Source of the DNA: Azolla caroliniana
Lineage: Eukaryota > Plantae > Polypodiophyta
Direction of reading: 5' to 3'
NCBI GenBank assembly: GCA_043228905.1
Contig: JBHGNT010000008.1
Span: 7,750,001 to 7,814,000, forward strand
Length of the DNA: 64,000 bases
This document shows positions 11,455-24,724 of the stretch, one piece after another; positions within the stretch are counted from its first letter, which is position 1; each line of letters begins with the position of its first letter. A model generated the notes under the pieces. The model searched no databases, was not told the DNA's origin, and worked only from the letters and a program-made list of their open reading frames with translations. A program made the translations under genes and the position numbers.

Positions 11455-14400
11455 CAAAGCTCTTTGTAAGTTCATTATGGACATTGTTTTCTACGTTCTA
11501 TAGCTCTTGGAAAGCTCTTTTAGAGAGCTTTCTAAAGAATGTTCATTTATTGAATTCCAGTACTGTGGCGAGAAGTTATGAGCATTTTCATCCGCAACCA
11601 TCTTTGCCCCACGGTTCCTCAAACACAAGGTAGATTTTGAAGCCCTAAATCGAGTGAAAGGTACATTCTCTCTCCCTCCTTTTTTGTCTCTCTCTTCTCG
11701 TAGGGTTTGTCCCTACAATGACAAACACTCGTAAAGCTGCTGCAAAGTTCGGGGGTATGATTGATAATGAGCCGAGATCACCAACAAATCTCAATTCCAA
11801 TGCAATGGAAAAAATGCTTATGAGTCACTTTATTTCTCTTCAAGAAACTATAAACAAGCAAGGTGAAGAGATTAGGACGTTAATGAAAGAGAATGCTAAG
11901 CTCCAAATTGTTGTCATTGATAATGAAAGTCTTAAGCAAGTGGTTGCAAAACTTCAAGAAGAGATTCAAGAATGTAAAAGAGCTTCTATCGAAACAAATG
12001 AGCACCTTAACAAGATTGAGTTAAAGGAAACATTAAAAGAAGAAAAATTGGACACGATGAGGCGGAATGTAAGTGAGATGAAAAATGTATGTACAACGAA
12101 GTCATGGGCCAATGTATGTGGTGGGGATGTGGTATCAAACTCATCTAATATGCATGTGATGCATCAAGAGAAGAATATAGAAAGCATAGATGTTTGAGAA
12201 TTGAAAGAACATGAATGACGATCAAAGAACATTGCCGTCCGTGGGATTAAAGAAGAGAGTATGGAAACACCCTTATCCCTTGGAATTTTTTAGCATGCAT
12301 TATGTGATGTTAGATGTGAATGTATATGGGGCACACTGAGTTGGGAAACATGGTGTTAATTGCTCTGGAGAAAGGCCTATTGTATGCACAATGACAGATG
12401 ATACAAAGCAGCGGATCATACTCGAAAATAGTTGGGTATACCTCAAAGGTACGCAATGCTTTGTGACTGAAGATCATACTATCTCACAACAAAATGCTTG
12501 TCGTAAAGCATATGAAGAAAGATTGAAAAATAAGGTTAAGGATGTGCCTAAAGATGGAAATGTAGGCAAATACGGACACATGACCTATGAGACTAACCGA
12601 CGCCTTTTACGACTAGGATTTTGGAATTGCAATGGATACCCATGGAATGCGAGATTTGGCATAGAGGAGTTCACCAATGACTCGGATATCACACTTCTTG
12701 TTGAAACATGGGAGCATGATACTCAAAGGATTCAAGGTTTAGGAAACTATAATGTACACTCTTTGATATGGAAGAAAAATCCAAGACAAAGAAGAGGACG
12801 AGGGGTGGCATGTTTGATTAAGAAGGAAATAGAGAAATATGTGTCAATCATAAAAAATGATGAACATAAATGCTACATATGGCTCAAAATAGAAACACCT
12901 AATGATTTGCTCACTTTTGTAGTTGGATGTTACATTCCTCATCAAGATTCTAACTTTTATGCTTGTTTGGATAAAGATCAACCTTTTGTCAATCTAGAAG
13001 ATGATATTGCTTATTTCAAATCCAAAGGGGAAGTTATTGTCTTTGGTGACATGAATGCTCATACAAAAGTTTCCAACTTGATTCACAAGAATATTTCATG
13101 CCACATATCTCAAGGATGCAAGAGGATATGCAAATGTATAGCCGCTCTTCTAGCGATGAAAAAGATCTGAACCAATTTGGGAAGTTACTCCTACAAATGT
13201 GCAATTGTACCGGATTGCTTATTGCAAATGGTATTTCCTTATGGTTGGATCGTATACATAAATTCTCACTTGGTGAATGGACACCGGAATCCGATCATAG
13301 GCCTTGATCTCAAATGTATGCATAGGTTTGATTGTGAGAAGGCTATTGGAGATAATAAACAACCGCACTTGAGCATGAACCTTAAGCGAGCACCCATGTA
13401 TTCCAAGATGGTTGACGATATGGTACAAATGACAAAGATACAACATGGTGCCACACTAGAATGCAAATGGGAAGCTTTTAAGAAAGTCATTCTCTCCTGT
13501 ACAAACAAATGTTTTTCGACCAACCGTACATCTTGGAAATGCACCAAGAAACTTAGGGAAAAATGGTTTGATAAAGAATGTCGTGAAGCTCGAAAGTGCC
13601 TTATGGTTTTGGATGTAGTTAAGGATAAAGAGAATTACCAAAAGCATTTGCATGAGTATAAAAGACTTATTCAAAGAAAGAGAAGAATATAGGAAGTTAC
13701 TCAACAATTTATCCAAACGCAAGAGAAAGCACATGCATGTGCTAAATTTTGGGGAAATCTAAAGGGGAAACGTGTTGAGAGTTATGGTGACTTAACTCTT
13801 CACGACTTGTAAATGCATTGTAAGAATTTATATGAGTTATCTCTTGCCGGAAAGATGATGTGTTATGGTTCTCTTTCACATATGCCTCCCTTCTTTACAA
13901 TTGAAGATATATGCATAGGACTTAAGAAATTGGCCTCTCGAAAGGCAAGCAATCTTCAATGTATAAAGGCGGAAATGCTCAAATGGATGGGAAAGGAAGC
14001 ACATGTATGGATACACGATATGTTTAATGATGCATTGCAACATGGTATGCCGTACGATTGGACTACAAATTGGATCAAACCTTTAAATAAAGGTGGAGAT
14101 GTAAATAATGTAAACAACTATCGAACCATCATGGTTGGCTCATTAATGGCAAAACTGTTTGGATGTATAATGGAATCAAAGATAAGTGTATGGGGTGAAA
14201 AAAATGGTAAGAGAGCTTATGGACAAACTGGCTTTTGAAAACAACATAGCACCATTGATCACCTTATCACCCTTTGAGTATTAATGGAGGAAAGTCACCT
14301 TAGAGGTAAAGGTTTATATTGCTTTTTTATAGACTTCAAGAAAGCTTTTGATATGGTACCTTGTGAGCATCTTTGGAGGTGAATGGAAGAACTTGAGATG

Positions 14401-15940
14401 CCAAGTGAATATATGCTTGCAATTTCCCGAATTTATGAGAAGGTTATGTGTTGTGTGTGCATGAGAGATAAACTTTCAGATTTTTTCAAAAGCACTATTG
14501 GTGTTAAGCAAGGATGCCCACTCTCACCAACACTATTTGGTCTATGCATTGATGAATTGGAAGAAATGGTTACCAAGTTTGCAAAGGAAGAATGTGTTGA
14601 AGAAGTTGCCATTGGGAATGTTGTGATTATACTTTTGCTATATGCAGATGACGTAGTGCTTTTTGCAAATACTTTAGGAGATGCACAAAAGGTTATGAAG
14701 GCATTGGAAAAAGTTTGCATGCATACTGAATTAAGTGTCAATAGCTCTAAAACAAAGATTATGCTTGTGAAGAGCCAAAAAAGAGATAAACCATGCATTA
14801 TGTACAACAATGAGCAGGCACTTGAATGTGTGGAAAGCTTCAAATATCTTGGCCTTGAAGTTCTTTCAAATCATAAATGGAATGAATGTGCTACACGCCG
14901 TTTAGAGGCGGGTAAGCGAGCACACTATGCATTTGAGAACACATGCAATCTTGGAGATATTAAGTGTTGGTTCCTCGAGAAATATCTTTTCGACACTTTG
15001 GTGACACCGGTTCTTCTGTATGGGGTGGAAGTATGGGGCGGTAGCATCCCTAAATCTATGTGGAAAAAGTTTGAAAATGTCCAAAAACATTTTCTTACAA
15101 TGTTTCTACAAGTTAAGAAACAAACACCCTACACCCTCCTCCTTGAGATAGGATCACTTCCCATTGAGATCATGGCCATGGAAAGGGTTGTTGAATACAT
15201 GCTTAAGGTTCAAAAAAGTCCCTCACATCGACTTCCTAGAATTGCGTGGGAAGCAAGCAAAAAGATCCAAAAGACGCATAAAAGCAAAATTTTGTGTTCC
15301 AGTTGGATGCAAGATATAGAAAAATGGTTTGGTAGATTGGATGCGAGACACTTGCTTCATTATGCATCATTAGATTCCTCTATAAATGAGGCCTTTTTGC
15401 AACGCCAATGTATCATGACATGGGACAAATGTGGAGGCTCACGCTTCACACATTATACTACACATGTTGCACCTAACTACAAAACCATATTTTTTGTGGA
15501 ACGGGGAAATCGTACACATCGATACATGTTAGAGCCCATACCATTATTTGCCATTCGAACCATTGCTTCCATGCGACTTAGCTCACATGCATTGCGATGT
15601 GAGGCAGGTTGTTGGGCACAAGTGATGAGAGTGGTCGGCTATGCACACTTTGCCCTAAACAAGTTCGCGAGTCTGAGTATCACACTTTGATACAATGCTC
15701 TGCCTTTGATCATATTCGACCATGCTTTCCACATCTCTTCGACCGAGCTCAATCCTTGCATGAATTCCTCTCACAACCACAATGTGCACTCTTGATTGCA
15801 ACATTCATTGGTAAAGTTCTAGAACATCGAGAGTCACTACTCACTTTCACATGTATCACATGAAATGTAATATTTTTGGTCTCATAGGTCATATTTGACC
15901 TCCGAAGATGATAATATAATCTCTCTCTGTCTCTCTCTCT
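11455..15940 (+). mobile_element. Near full-length degenerate LINE (ORF1 + APE endonuclease-RT-zinc finger), inserted in the (CT)n of the chromovirus 3' LTR
   Basis: ORF1-like coiled coil 11718-12197; EN motifs GFWNCNG, LLVETW, VFGDMNA; RT motifs GVKQGCPLSPTLF, LLYADD; C-terminal RLCTLC...EYHTLIQC; ends in (CT)n. Confidence 0.9.
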
Positions 15941-16269
15941 TGTTGCATTGTGATGTGAGATAGGGCATTGGGGCACAAGTGATGAGAGTGGTCAACTATG
16001 CACACCTTTCCCTAAACAAGTTTGTGAGTCTGAGTATCACACTTTGATACAATGCTCTGCCTTTGATCATATTCGACCATGTTTTCTACATCTCTTTGAT
16101 CAAGCCAAATCCTTGCACGAATTCCTCTACAACCACAATGTGCACTCTCGATTGCAACATTCATTGATAAAGTTCTTGAACATCAAGAGTCACTACTCAC
16201 TTTCACACGTATCACGTGAAATGTAATATTTTTGGTCTCATAGGTCATATTTCACCTTTGAAGACGATA

Positions 16270-16306
<37 letters not shown>
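15941..16306 (+). mobile_element. Second, 5'-truncated copy of the same LINE 3' end, in tandem, also ending in (CT)n
   Basis: Repeats ~15587-15940 (GGCACAAGTGATGAGAGTGGTC...GAAGAYGATAATAYAATCTCTC). Confidence 0.88.
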
Positions 16307-16311
<5 letters not shown>

Positions 16312-16928
16312 CACGTGGTTCTCACACACTCTTTCCCTTCTTCTCCTCTACCTTTAGTACTAATTCTCCTTGCCTCTAGTACTATCCCTGACATCGGCTA
16401 GATTTTCTTTTTCTAGTTCATTTGCCGCAACTTGTACATCTCTCCGATCTTTCTCCTTCCCTTCACTCCGATCCTGAACCTGACGCACTGGTTTTGGCAC
16501 TATTGTCTTGTGTTGGCATGTTCTAGACACTAACTCCTTGGCACGCTTCAACTCCTCTAGTTTTGCAATTCGGCCCTTGGCCTCCATCAACTGCTTGGCC
16601 ATGTCGTTCATCCTATACTTATGTGTCAGTATGATGAACCATTCCCTTTGGTCTTCGGCCATTTGTGTTGCCGCTTTGGTGACTTGGTGCCCCATCCCGC
16701 ATTCTCCTACTACCACCGTTCTTGAATAATTGGTTGGCTCTGCTTTTCTAGTTCTTTTTTCGGCAGAACTGGCGCTTCCACTTTGGAACTCCTTTGTGCC
16801 GTGTTTTCGACCGGCCTCTACTCCACCACTACTTCTATGACAACCAACGTTATGTCCTCTCTTGGACCCGATCCATCACTCAATGTGAGGATCGTGACCG
16901 GCCACAACCGGTTATGCTCTCGAATATT

Positions 16929-17413
16929 TGTTCAGATGCAAAGAACAAGAAAGCTAGTACATAGATAGAAAACGAGAATGTAGAAAACAAGATATAGAGA
17001 CACAACGTTTAACGTGGAAAACACGAATCAGGAAAAACCGCGTGGAGTCCTCGAACTCCGAACTAGATCACTATGATAAGGAGGAGTACAATAACTCGGA
17101 GGCAACGACCTTGAGATCTTCTTCGTCTGACAGATGGCTACTAAGTTACTACTCTCTCTCTCTCTCTCTCTCTTATTCTCAGTTACAGAGGCAACTACCT
17201 TGTTTGTAACTACACAACAAATAATCATTCTACATACTCTTAAAGTTTGCCCTAGTTGTTTATATACTACAACAATTTTCTGGCTATTTACAAGTATAGC
17301 CCACAATGGCACATTTGGACTATTTACAAATATAGTCTTTCGAATCGGCTATTAAATCGATTTCGGTTTGGCTCGATCCGGCTTTGTCCAAAATCAGCTC
17401 TCTTCTTCCAACA
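16929..17413 (-). mobile_element. Solo Copia-type LTR
   Basis: TG...CA ends. Carries the motifs ACGTGGAAAAC...GGAAAAACC and GGAGGCAACGACCT shared with LTRs at 37545, 41167 and 60022. TSD not recognised. Confidence 0.7.
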
Positions 17414-17984
17414 ATCGCTTTCTCTGTGAGCCTTCTAGCCACAAAACCAACATTCCATTTTGGCCTCTTTTCGTGCCGGTTTCTGGTTCTACTGCCTTGA
17501 CTCCCCCTTCTTCTAGAGGGTTCGGAATTGTTGTTGGCACCATCTTTGTGCCTCCAATTCTGCTCATGTCGGCCGCTTGCATTGCACGCCGATCCACCTC
17601 GTCCACCACGACCACGAATCATCATTTTTAGGTATAATTTTGCATCATGGTTTTGGCGAGGATTGCTTTCAATCGCTCACCTTCCTAGTTCCAGTGGGGG
17701 TTACAAATGTTCACTTTCCTTGTGGGGATCGGATCATTGCTTGCTTGCATTGCATTTTCGTTATAGTTCAAGTCTCGCACCATTTTTTATTGGCGAGGAC
17801 CGATTTCGATTGCTCACCTTCTAGTTTCGGTGTGGATCACAACCGCTCACTTTCCTAGTGGGGATCACGTGGGTTTCTCGCTAGCGCTATCATTTGTGCC
17901 GTGTCTTAGGTCAACCTTGACTATCTTCCCTCTCATAATAGAAGAATTCAAGTCGACCGCTTCACTTGCACTCCTTCGCCTGTT

Positions 17985-18490
17985 GTTGTTCTAGTTCTCG
18001 GTGAGGGTCGGATGGTCGCTCACGTCCATTTGTGTTCCAGTTCTCGGTGAACGCCGCATGGTCGCTCACGTCCGTTCTGTTCAGTTCTCGGTGAGGCCAC
18101 ATGGTCGCGCACGCCCGTTTGTGTTCCAGTTCTCCGTGAAGGTTGCATGGTCTCTCACGCCCGTTCGTGTTTTCGATGAGGACCGCACATGGTCGCACAC
18201 GTTCTAGTTCTCGATGAGGGCCACACATGGTCACTCAATCCCGTTCGTGTTCCAGTCTCCAGTGAGGACCGCACATGATCGCTCACGCCAGCTATTGTTC
18301 GTGTTCCAGATCCTGGTGAGGACCAACATGGTCACTCATGCCCGTTGTTGTTCATGTTCCAGTTCCCGATGAGGACCACACATGGTCGCTCATGCCCATT
18401 GGTGTTCGTGTCCCAACTCTCGGTGAGGACTGACATGGTCTCTCATGTCCGTTGGTGTTCGTGTTTCCAGTGAGGACAACACATGGTTTC
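17985..18490. repeat. Tandem array of ~40-55 bp units in an LTR-element 3' UTR
   Basis: Unit approximately GTGAGGACCGCACATGGTCGCTCACGCCCGTTCGTGTTCCAGTTCTCG, about 10-11 diverged copies. Confidence 0.9.
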
Positions 18491-18546
18491 ACACACTCAC
18501 CACTTCCTGTTCACCCCTAAACCGTGCTTTCGAAAAGGCGGTCGTA

Positions 18547-18798
18547 AAGGGGAGGATAATGTCAGAGACAAGACAACAATTATGTGAAGATTTGAACTCT
18601 TGACGTTCTTGACCTCTTGTATTATAGTCAAGTGTTATATTGTGACCAACACATCCAAGTACATAATCGTGTTGTATATCTTCATAGATTATCTATTCAC
18701 GTTCTAGGAGTTTTTGGAAAGTTCTAGAACTAGAAGGTTCTAGAGGGTTCTAGAATATTCTCCAAAATATTCTCAAGAATATTCTAATGCATGTACTT
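18547..18798 (+). mobile_element. PPT plus truncated LTR (longer copy at 29437 to ~29858)
   Basis: AAGGGGAGGATAA then TGTCAGAGACAAG at 18560; breaks off at ~18798. Confidence 0.8.
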
Positions 18799-19646
18799 TG
18801 TTGACCATACGGTCGTGACAAGGAGTGCGGAATGGTAGATCATGTCGAATATGAGTGTATAATGGCCGTATTCACACTGTCCCTTTGGACAACCCAAGTT
18901 TGGGTTATTTCTGTAAATAGCATAAAGGGCAATTGCCCTAGGATAGTCACTATATAAAGTGACTTTGTAACCTTTAGTGGAGGTTGGTGGTCATTTGTAA
19001 CAGTTGCTATTAAGAAATAAAACGTTTCTGTTTGCCTATCTCTCTCTCTCTTGTTTATTCTCATACACAGGTTCTTCAACATCATAGATGTTGTTTGTTC
19101 TTCTGCACTGATGACCTTGTCCCCAACATTTGGTATCAGAGCATTGGAGGTTCTTCAACCCGCTGCCGGCCGTCATAGTACACCACACAACATTTTGTTT
19201 CTGTTTTTTCTTGAAGTACAAAGAAGAGAGAAGACAAACAAGAAGTCAACATCTTACTGTGTTAAATCACTAATTGGAGTAAGCTAGCCGACTGTACTCT
19301 GTTTCTGTGATTGTAACCACCTGAGATTGGTCTCCAAGCAACAACCAAATTTGTGCTTCATTCGACTGATCGACATTTGGGAGGATCATTTGGATCTGTC
19401 TCTCTTATCACTGCAATCATCCGAAGTAGAATTGGCCTAAACAATCGGTTTCTTGTGATCGGTATTCGGCATACAATCAGAAGCTAACCGAAGTCACTCC
19501 AAGAAGGTTCAACAAACAAGTATTCGAAACCAAACCGACTTGGGTTCAAGACCGACTAAAACAATATCGGGTGAGCCGACCGGCTGCACCCCACTAAGGT
19601 TCCTAGTCAACTCCGAACAGAGTCTTATCAACCGAAACCGAATAAG

Positions 19647-21642
19647 ATGGCATCAACATCCGGCTCATCGGAGATGAGTCTAAGGAGGTTCAATGGTTTG
19701 AATTTCAACTTCTGGAAGGAACAAATGCAGGACTATCTCATAGTGAAGGATCGGATAGACCCGATTGAGAATGAAAATCCTCCAGAAGCATAAAAGGCAA
19801 ATGAGTGGCTAAAGCTGGACAGTATCGTCCACGCCACAATTTGGATGCACTTGTCGGAGTCAGTGTACTTCATAGTGCAATCATGCTCGACAACTTTTGA
19901 ACTTTGGAAAACACTATCGGAAACTTATGAAAAGAAGGTCGCCGCAACGAGGATGTATCTGATCCGGCGCCTCTACAACTTGCGGATAAAAGAATCTGAT
20001 TTGGTTCAGGCACACCTCAACGAGTACCAAAGCCTAAGCTCCCAAATATCTTCTTAGGGAATGACAATAGAGGATGAACTCAGAGCAATGATACTCATGA
20101 GTAGTCTCCCCTCTTCTTGGGAAACTTTCGTCACAACCGTGTGCAATGCTTCAACAACTGCCATTAAGTACCCTAAAATCACGAGCATAATCCTGATTGA
20201 AGCAACTCGGAGAAAGTCTTTTGCCAAAGACTCGGCAGATGAAGCTTACGTAGTACAAGATTCGACCGACCAATCAAACAACCGGGGAAGTAGTTCTTCC
20301 CGACCGCCGAACAATCAACGAAGTCGGAGCAAGTCCCGGGACAACCGAATTTGCAACTACTGCAAGAAACCGAGACACATCAAAGCTGACTGTCGGGCAC
20401 TCAAAGAAAAAACTGACAAAGCTCAGAGAGCGGATCAGAAGAGTAGCCGACATGAGGAGGTCAACTACGTCGGCTCGTTAGCCGAAATTTGAATGACCGA
20501 CCCGAACATACTGTCCATAGAGAACCCAGTTGAATCAAAAGTTCTGCTTACGACTGAGGAATCGAGCACATGGCTCCTCGACTCGGGCGCATTGTACCAT
20601 GTGACACCTCGCCGATCTTAGTTTCGGCAATACTCGGACTGGCACTCCGACTCAGTTCGAGTCAGGAACTCGCAACACTGTGCCATAATCGGACTCGGCA
20701 CCGTAGATCTCAACCTTCCGGGTGGCTCTACACTCGTACTACACAATGTCCAACACGTTCCTGAGCTTTCAAGACCCTTGATCTTAGTCAGACAACTTGA
20801 CAAAGCCGACATCTGTGCCGGGTTCTCATCAGGAGGGTGGACACTCCACGAAGGGAACCACCTGCTTGCTCGAGGACCAAAGGTACACTCTTTGTACCCT
20901 TTATATGTCACACTCAAAGAGGGTGACTTATTTTTGGTCGATATCCCCGTGTCATCATTATGGCACGGAAGACTTGGACACCTCAGCAAGGCCGGCATAA
21001 TGCACCTATCCAGAGCTAGTTACATCCCCAAGCTCTCCTTCCCGAATCACCAATTCTGCGAGCATTGCTAGTACGGCAAATAGGTAACCATTTCACACCC
21101 GACATCAACACCAAGAGAATCGAGTCCCCTCGATTTGGTCCACTCGAAGGTCTATGGCCCGATGCCACATCAGTCTCTCGGTGGTGCTTCGTACTTCGTC
21201 AATTTTATTGACAACTCGACTCGGAAGGTGTGGGCTTACCCCATTAGAACCAAAGATCGGGTGTTCTCGATCTTCTTTGAATGGCTTGCAATGGTCGAAA
21301 ACAAGACCGATCGAAAACTAAAATGTCTCCGAACCGATAATGGAGGAGAATTCAAGTCTGACGAATTCGTCAAATTTTGTCGGGAATGCGACATTTGATG
21401 TGAATATACGGCACCCTATAGTCTGGAGCAGAACGGAATTGTTGAATGCATGAATCAAACGATTCAAGAACGCATAGTATCCATGCTCCAACACTCCGGA
21501 CTATTGGATGGCTTCTGGGCGGAGGTTCTAGTTACGTTAGTACACATAATAAATATGTCGCCAAGTAGACCTCTAAGACTTAAAATACCTCAGGAAACAT
21601 GGACCGGCAGTAAGCCGAATTATGACAGGCTGAGGATCTTCG
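19647..21642 (+). pseudogene. Copia gag-PR-integrase
   Basis: ORF fragments 19845-21665 with in-frame stops. Confidence 0.9.
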
Positions 21643-24600
21643 TGATTGCGAGAAAGTGCTTCTAAAGTTAGAAGATGTGCACCTAACACTTTCCGGGGAG
21701 AAATCGGCATTCAGGCAAGAAGAAATATTGGTAGTCGGACATCTATGTGGGCCCTATGGCTGAAGACCGTCACCAACCAAGATCGATACGATTCAAGCTA
21801 TGAAAGAAGTATGTGAGTCACAATCCGAAGTCTGAAGGTTTCTTGGAGCATGTGCATTCTATCACATATGGATTCCGCACTATGCACATATTGCGGACCC
21901 ACTCTATCACTTGTTGCGGAAGGGTAAGAAGTTCGAATGGAAATCGAAGCATACCAAAGCCATGAAGAAGCTCAAGAAATCACTACGGAGGGCAAAAGCA
22001 CTAAAGAAGCCGAACTAGGACCGACCGATCATAGTAATGGTTGACACAAGTCCAACTGGAATCAGATGGGTCATCAATCAAGCCGACTCGGATGGTTCGC
22101 GATATCCGATCCGATTTGGAGCAAAGGTTCTCAACGAAAGGCAACGCGGATATGCACAAGTCAAAAGAGAATTATGGGGAGTTGTGTCGGCAATCAAATC
22201 GGATCGAGATTATTTGGTTGGAGCCGAAGTAGTGATCGAAATGGATTGTCTTCTGATACTCGGGATGATGCGGTGTTGCACGATACCAGATGTGGCTATG
22301 CTAAGGTGGATTGCATATGTTAAGTCACTTAATCCGGAGGTACGACACATCTCTGGAAAAGACAATGCGGTAGCGGATATGCTATCAAGGGTGTGGTTCA
22401 GAGATGACATAACCGAATCCAATAATGAAGAAGTTTCCGAAGACTACTTTGCTTCGGAGCACATATGCCGGGTGAACGTAATCCAATAATTCCGGGAAGA
22501 AGAATACGAGGGAGAAAGCTTGTTGATCAGGAAAGTGCTACAAGAAATCAAGGAATCATCGGATAATAAAGAGAAGAGAGTCGAGATCCGAAGTAAGAAG
22601 CGGCAAGTCCGAAAGTTCTTGAAAAATGGATTAATATGGAGGGAGCCGAAAAGATCGGATGGCATACCACTTCGGGTAGTCGGAACGAAAGAGCAACGAA
22701 ACCGGATAATGTCCGAGTTTCACGAGTCCGATTGGGCTGGACATCGAGGAACATGGGCAACTTTTGTGAAAATCAAACAAAAATATTGGCGGAAGAATAT
22801 GTACAAAGATATAGCGAAGTTCACGGAAAGCTGTGAGAAGTGCCAAATCTACTCCGAAGTTCGACACCGAGATGAGTTGCATCCGACATTCTCACCGACA
22901 ATCAACTTCAAATGGATGGCCGACATTGTAGCCATGCCAACCGGGATCGAACAAAAGAAGTACTTGGTGTTAGCTCGGGAAGATCTCACAAACCAAGTAG
23001 AAGGTCAGGCACTATGGAGGAAAACGTCTTCTGTGGTATGCCAATTTCTTTTGGAAGAAGTGTTTTGCAGGTATGCGTGCGTAGGACAAGTGATTGCGGA
23101 TTGGGGGGAACTTGACTCTCATAAAGCTAGGGAATTCTTCACCAAACCTGGAGTTTGGTTAACACTAACAACGACATACAATCTGGAGGCCAACGGGAAA
23201 ATCGAACGAGGACATAGTCCGATCGTCAAAGCACTTGCCAAAGCATGCGACGGAAGGGTGAAGGATTGGCCGCAAATGCTCCCGTATGCACTATGGGCGG
23301 ATCGGACGACGCATAGCTCTGTAACCAGTTATATGCCGGCCAAACTCATGACCGGACAAGCACTGATAATGCCAACGGAAACCACGATCGCGACATGGAC
23401 AATGTTATCGTGGAAGGAAGAGATGAGCCGGGAAGAACTACTAGTGGTCTGGATACGACAACTAGAGGGAAGACCGGAAGACATAGCGGAAGCAACACGC
23501 CGACAACAAGAAGCACGATTCCGGAACAGAAGCTGGTTTGACACAAAGCACCGACTACGACCATGGAAGATTGAAGAAGGAGATTGGGTGATTGTCTATG
23601 ATAATAGTTTGGATCATCAACATACAACAATACAGAAGTTCGCTAAAAGGTGGTTCGGGCCATACGAGGTTCGGAAAGTTTTCGACAACGGAACTTACCG
23701 ACTATGCAAGTTGGATGGAACAATACTACGGGTGCCTATAGCGGGGAAACGGGTGAAGATTTTCAAGAAGCGAACTGACAAAGAACCTTATGTAAGCTTA
23801 GACAAGACCGACAACGAGGAGCAATTGGACAAAGATCGCGGTGATGCGGAAAGTGAAGAAAGTGGTCTTCAATTGATAATCGACATACGGGAAGAATCGG
23901 AGAGTGCTACGGATGAAGAGGAACAACGAGCACCGGGAACTTCGGCACATACCGAAGGATGTGTGGGTTTGGGGGGGGGGGGGCGAGTGTCGTAGTGTAA
24001 TTCGCACACTACATGAAAATTACATTTTTGTCCCTCCGGATGGAATCGGTAAGGAGAACCGGTAAGAACCGGATCAAGTAGAATCGGCAAGAGTGGATAA
24101 AGAAGGTCGGTGAGAGTCTCACTGGATAAAGAGACAAATTTGTAAATAGAAGAAAAAAATTGTTACATGCATAGGGCAGGATTCAAACCCTGTACCTCCA
24201 TGTTAACAAATTTTAAGCCTTACCACTATACTAGCATATTATGAATTTTAAAGTTATACTAAACTTTATTCCATGTAAATATTCTAGATATGCATGGTAC
24301 AAAAAGTTATTCATGCATACACACTCGAATTAAAAAGAAAAAGATGGGATAGAAAGCTAATCATGCACATGCAATGGGTTGAAAACTAAAGTTAGTAAAA
24401 GCATGATGCTTGCATGTGATAAACTTAGACTCTTCCAACACTATATAAGGAAGAGAGGAAGATGTATAGGGGTTGTTGATTTTTTTTAGAAGGATTAATT
24501 AATACAAAATATTCGTGGGATTCACGATTTTACCATCTAATTCTCTCTTACAATCTAATTACCCATTAATACATTATACTCGTGGGATTCACGAGTTTCA

Positions 24601-24724
24601 TATCTTCTTCTTACAATCTCTTCCTAACTAACATTATCTCATATTCTTCTTTCTCCTAGTCCAAAACCCCAGCGGTTCCCACCCGACTCACACAAACGAT
24701 CCGGCGCCGAAAGGCACTACAACA
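21643..24724 (+). mobile_element. 5'-deleted Gypsy (RT end-RNaseH-integrase-3' LTR), relative of 52026-59086
   Basis: DCEKVL, VDTSPTGI..., YAQVKRELWG, HESDWAGHRG/CEKC, WFGPY; G-run PPT; LTR TGTCGTAGTG...CACTACAACA at 23988-24724. Confidence 0.92.
24170..24236 (-). promoter_or_regulatory. tRNA-like A/B boxes in Gypsy LTR U3
   Basis: Minus strand TAGTATAGTGGTAAGGC (24233 leftwards) and GGTTTGAATCC (24189-24179; GGTTCGAATCC before CpG decay), 44 nt apart. A T7 run lies ~20 nt downstream. Confidence 0.7.

Larger units (their letters stand above)
6069..16393 (+). mobile_element. Ty3/Gypsy chromovirus, Tcn1/Tf1-sushi-like, degenerate
   Basis: LTRs at 6069-6513 and 11103-16393 (the latter split by a LINE). 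TSD CCGAC/TCGGC, both derivable from CCGGC by deamination. PPT AAGGGGGGTTAG before 11103. Domain order gag-PR-RT-RH-INT-chromodomain. Confidence 0.93.
4475..17960 (-). mobile_element. 3' half of an old non-chromoviral Gypsy (relative of 42804-51890), split by later insertions
   Basis: Possible integrase tail GRLEFFYYERE (~17960-17910) and accessory coiled-coil ORF pieces (16394-17620, 4823-6068) homologous to 48760-51506. The 3' LTR begins TGTTGCCC at 4774 reading leftwards; its far end is not defined. Confidence 0.7.

Noticed and set aside
17985-18490. CRISPR-like regular repeats (also 28887-29370 and 60470-60692)
   Set aside because: Contiguous diverged tandem units with no unique spacers and no cas genes, in a eukaryotic LTR-element context.
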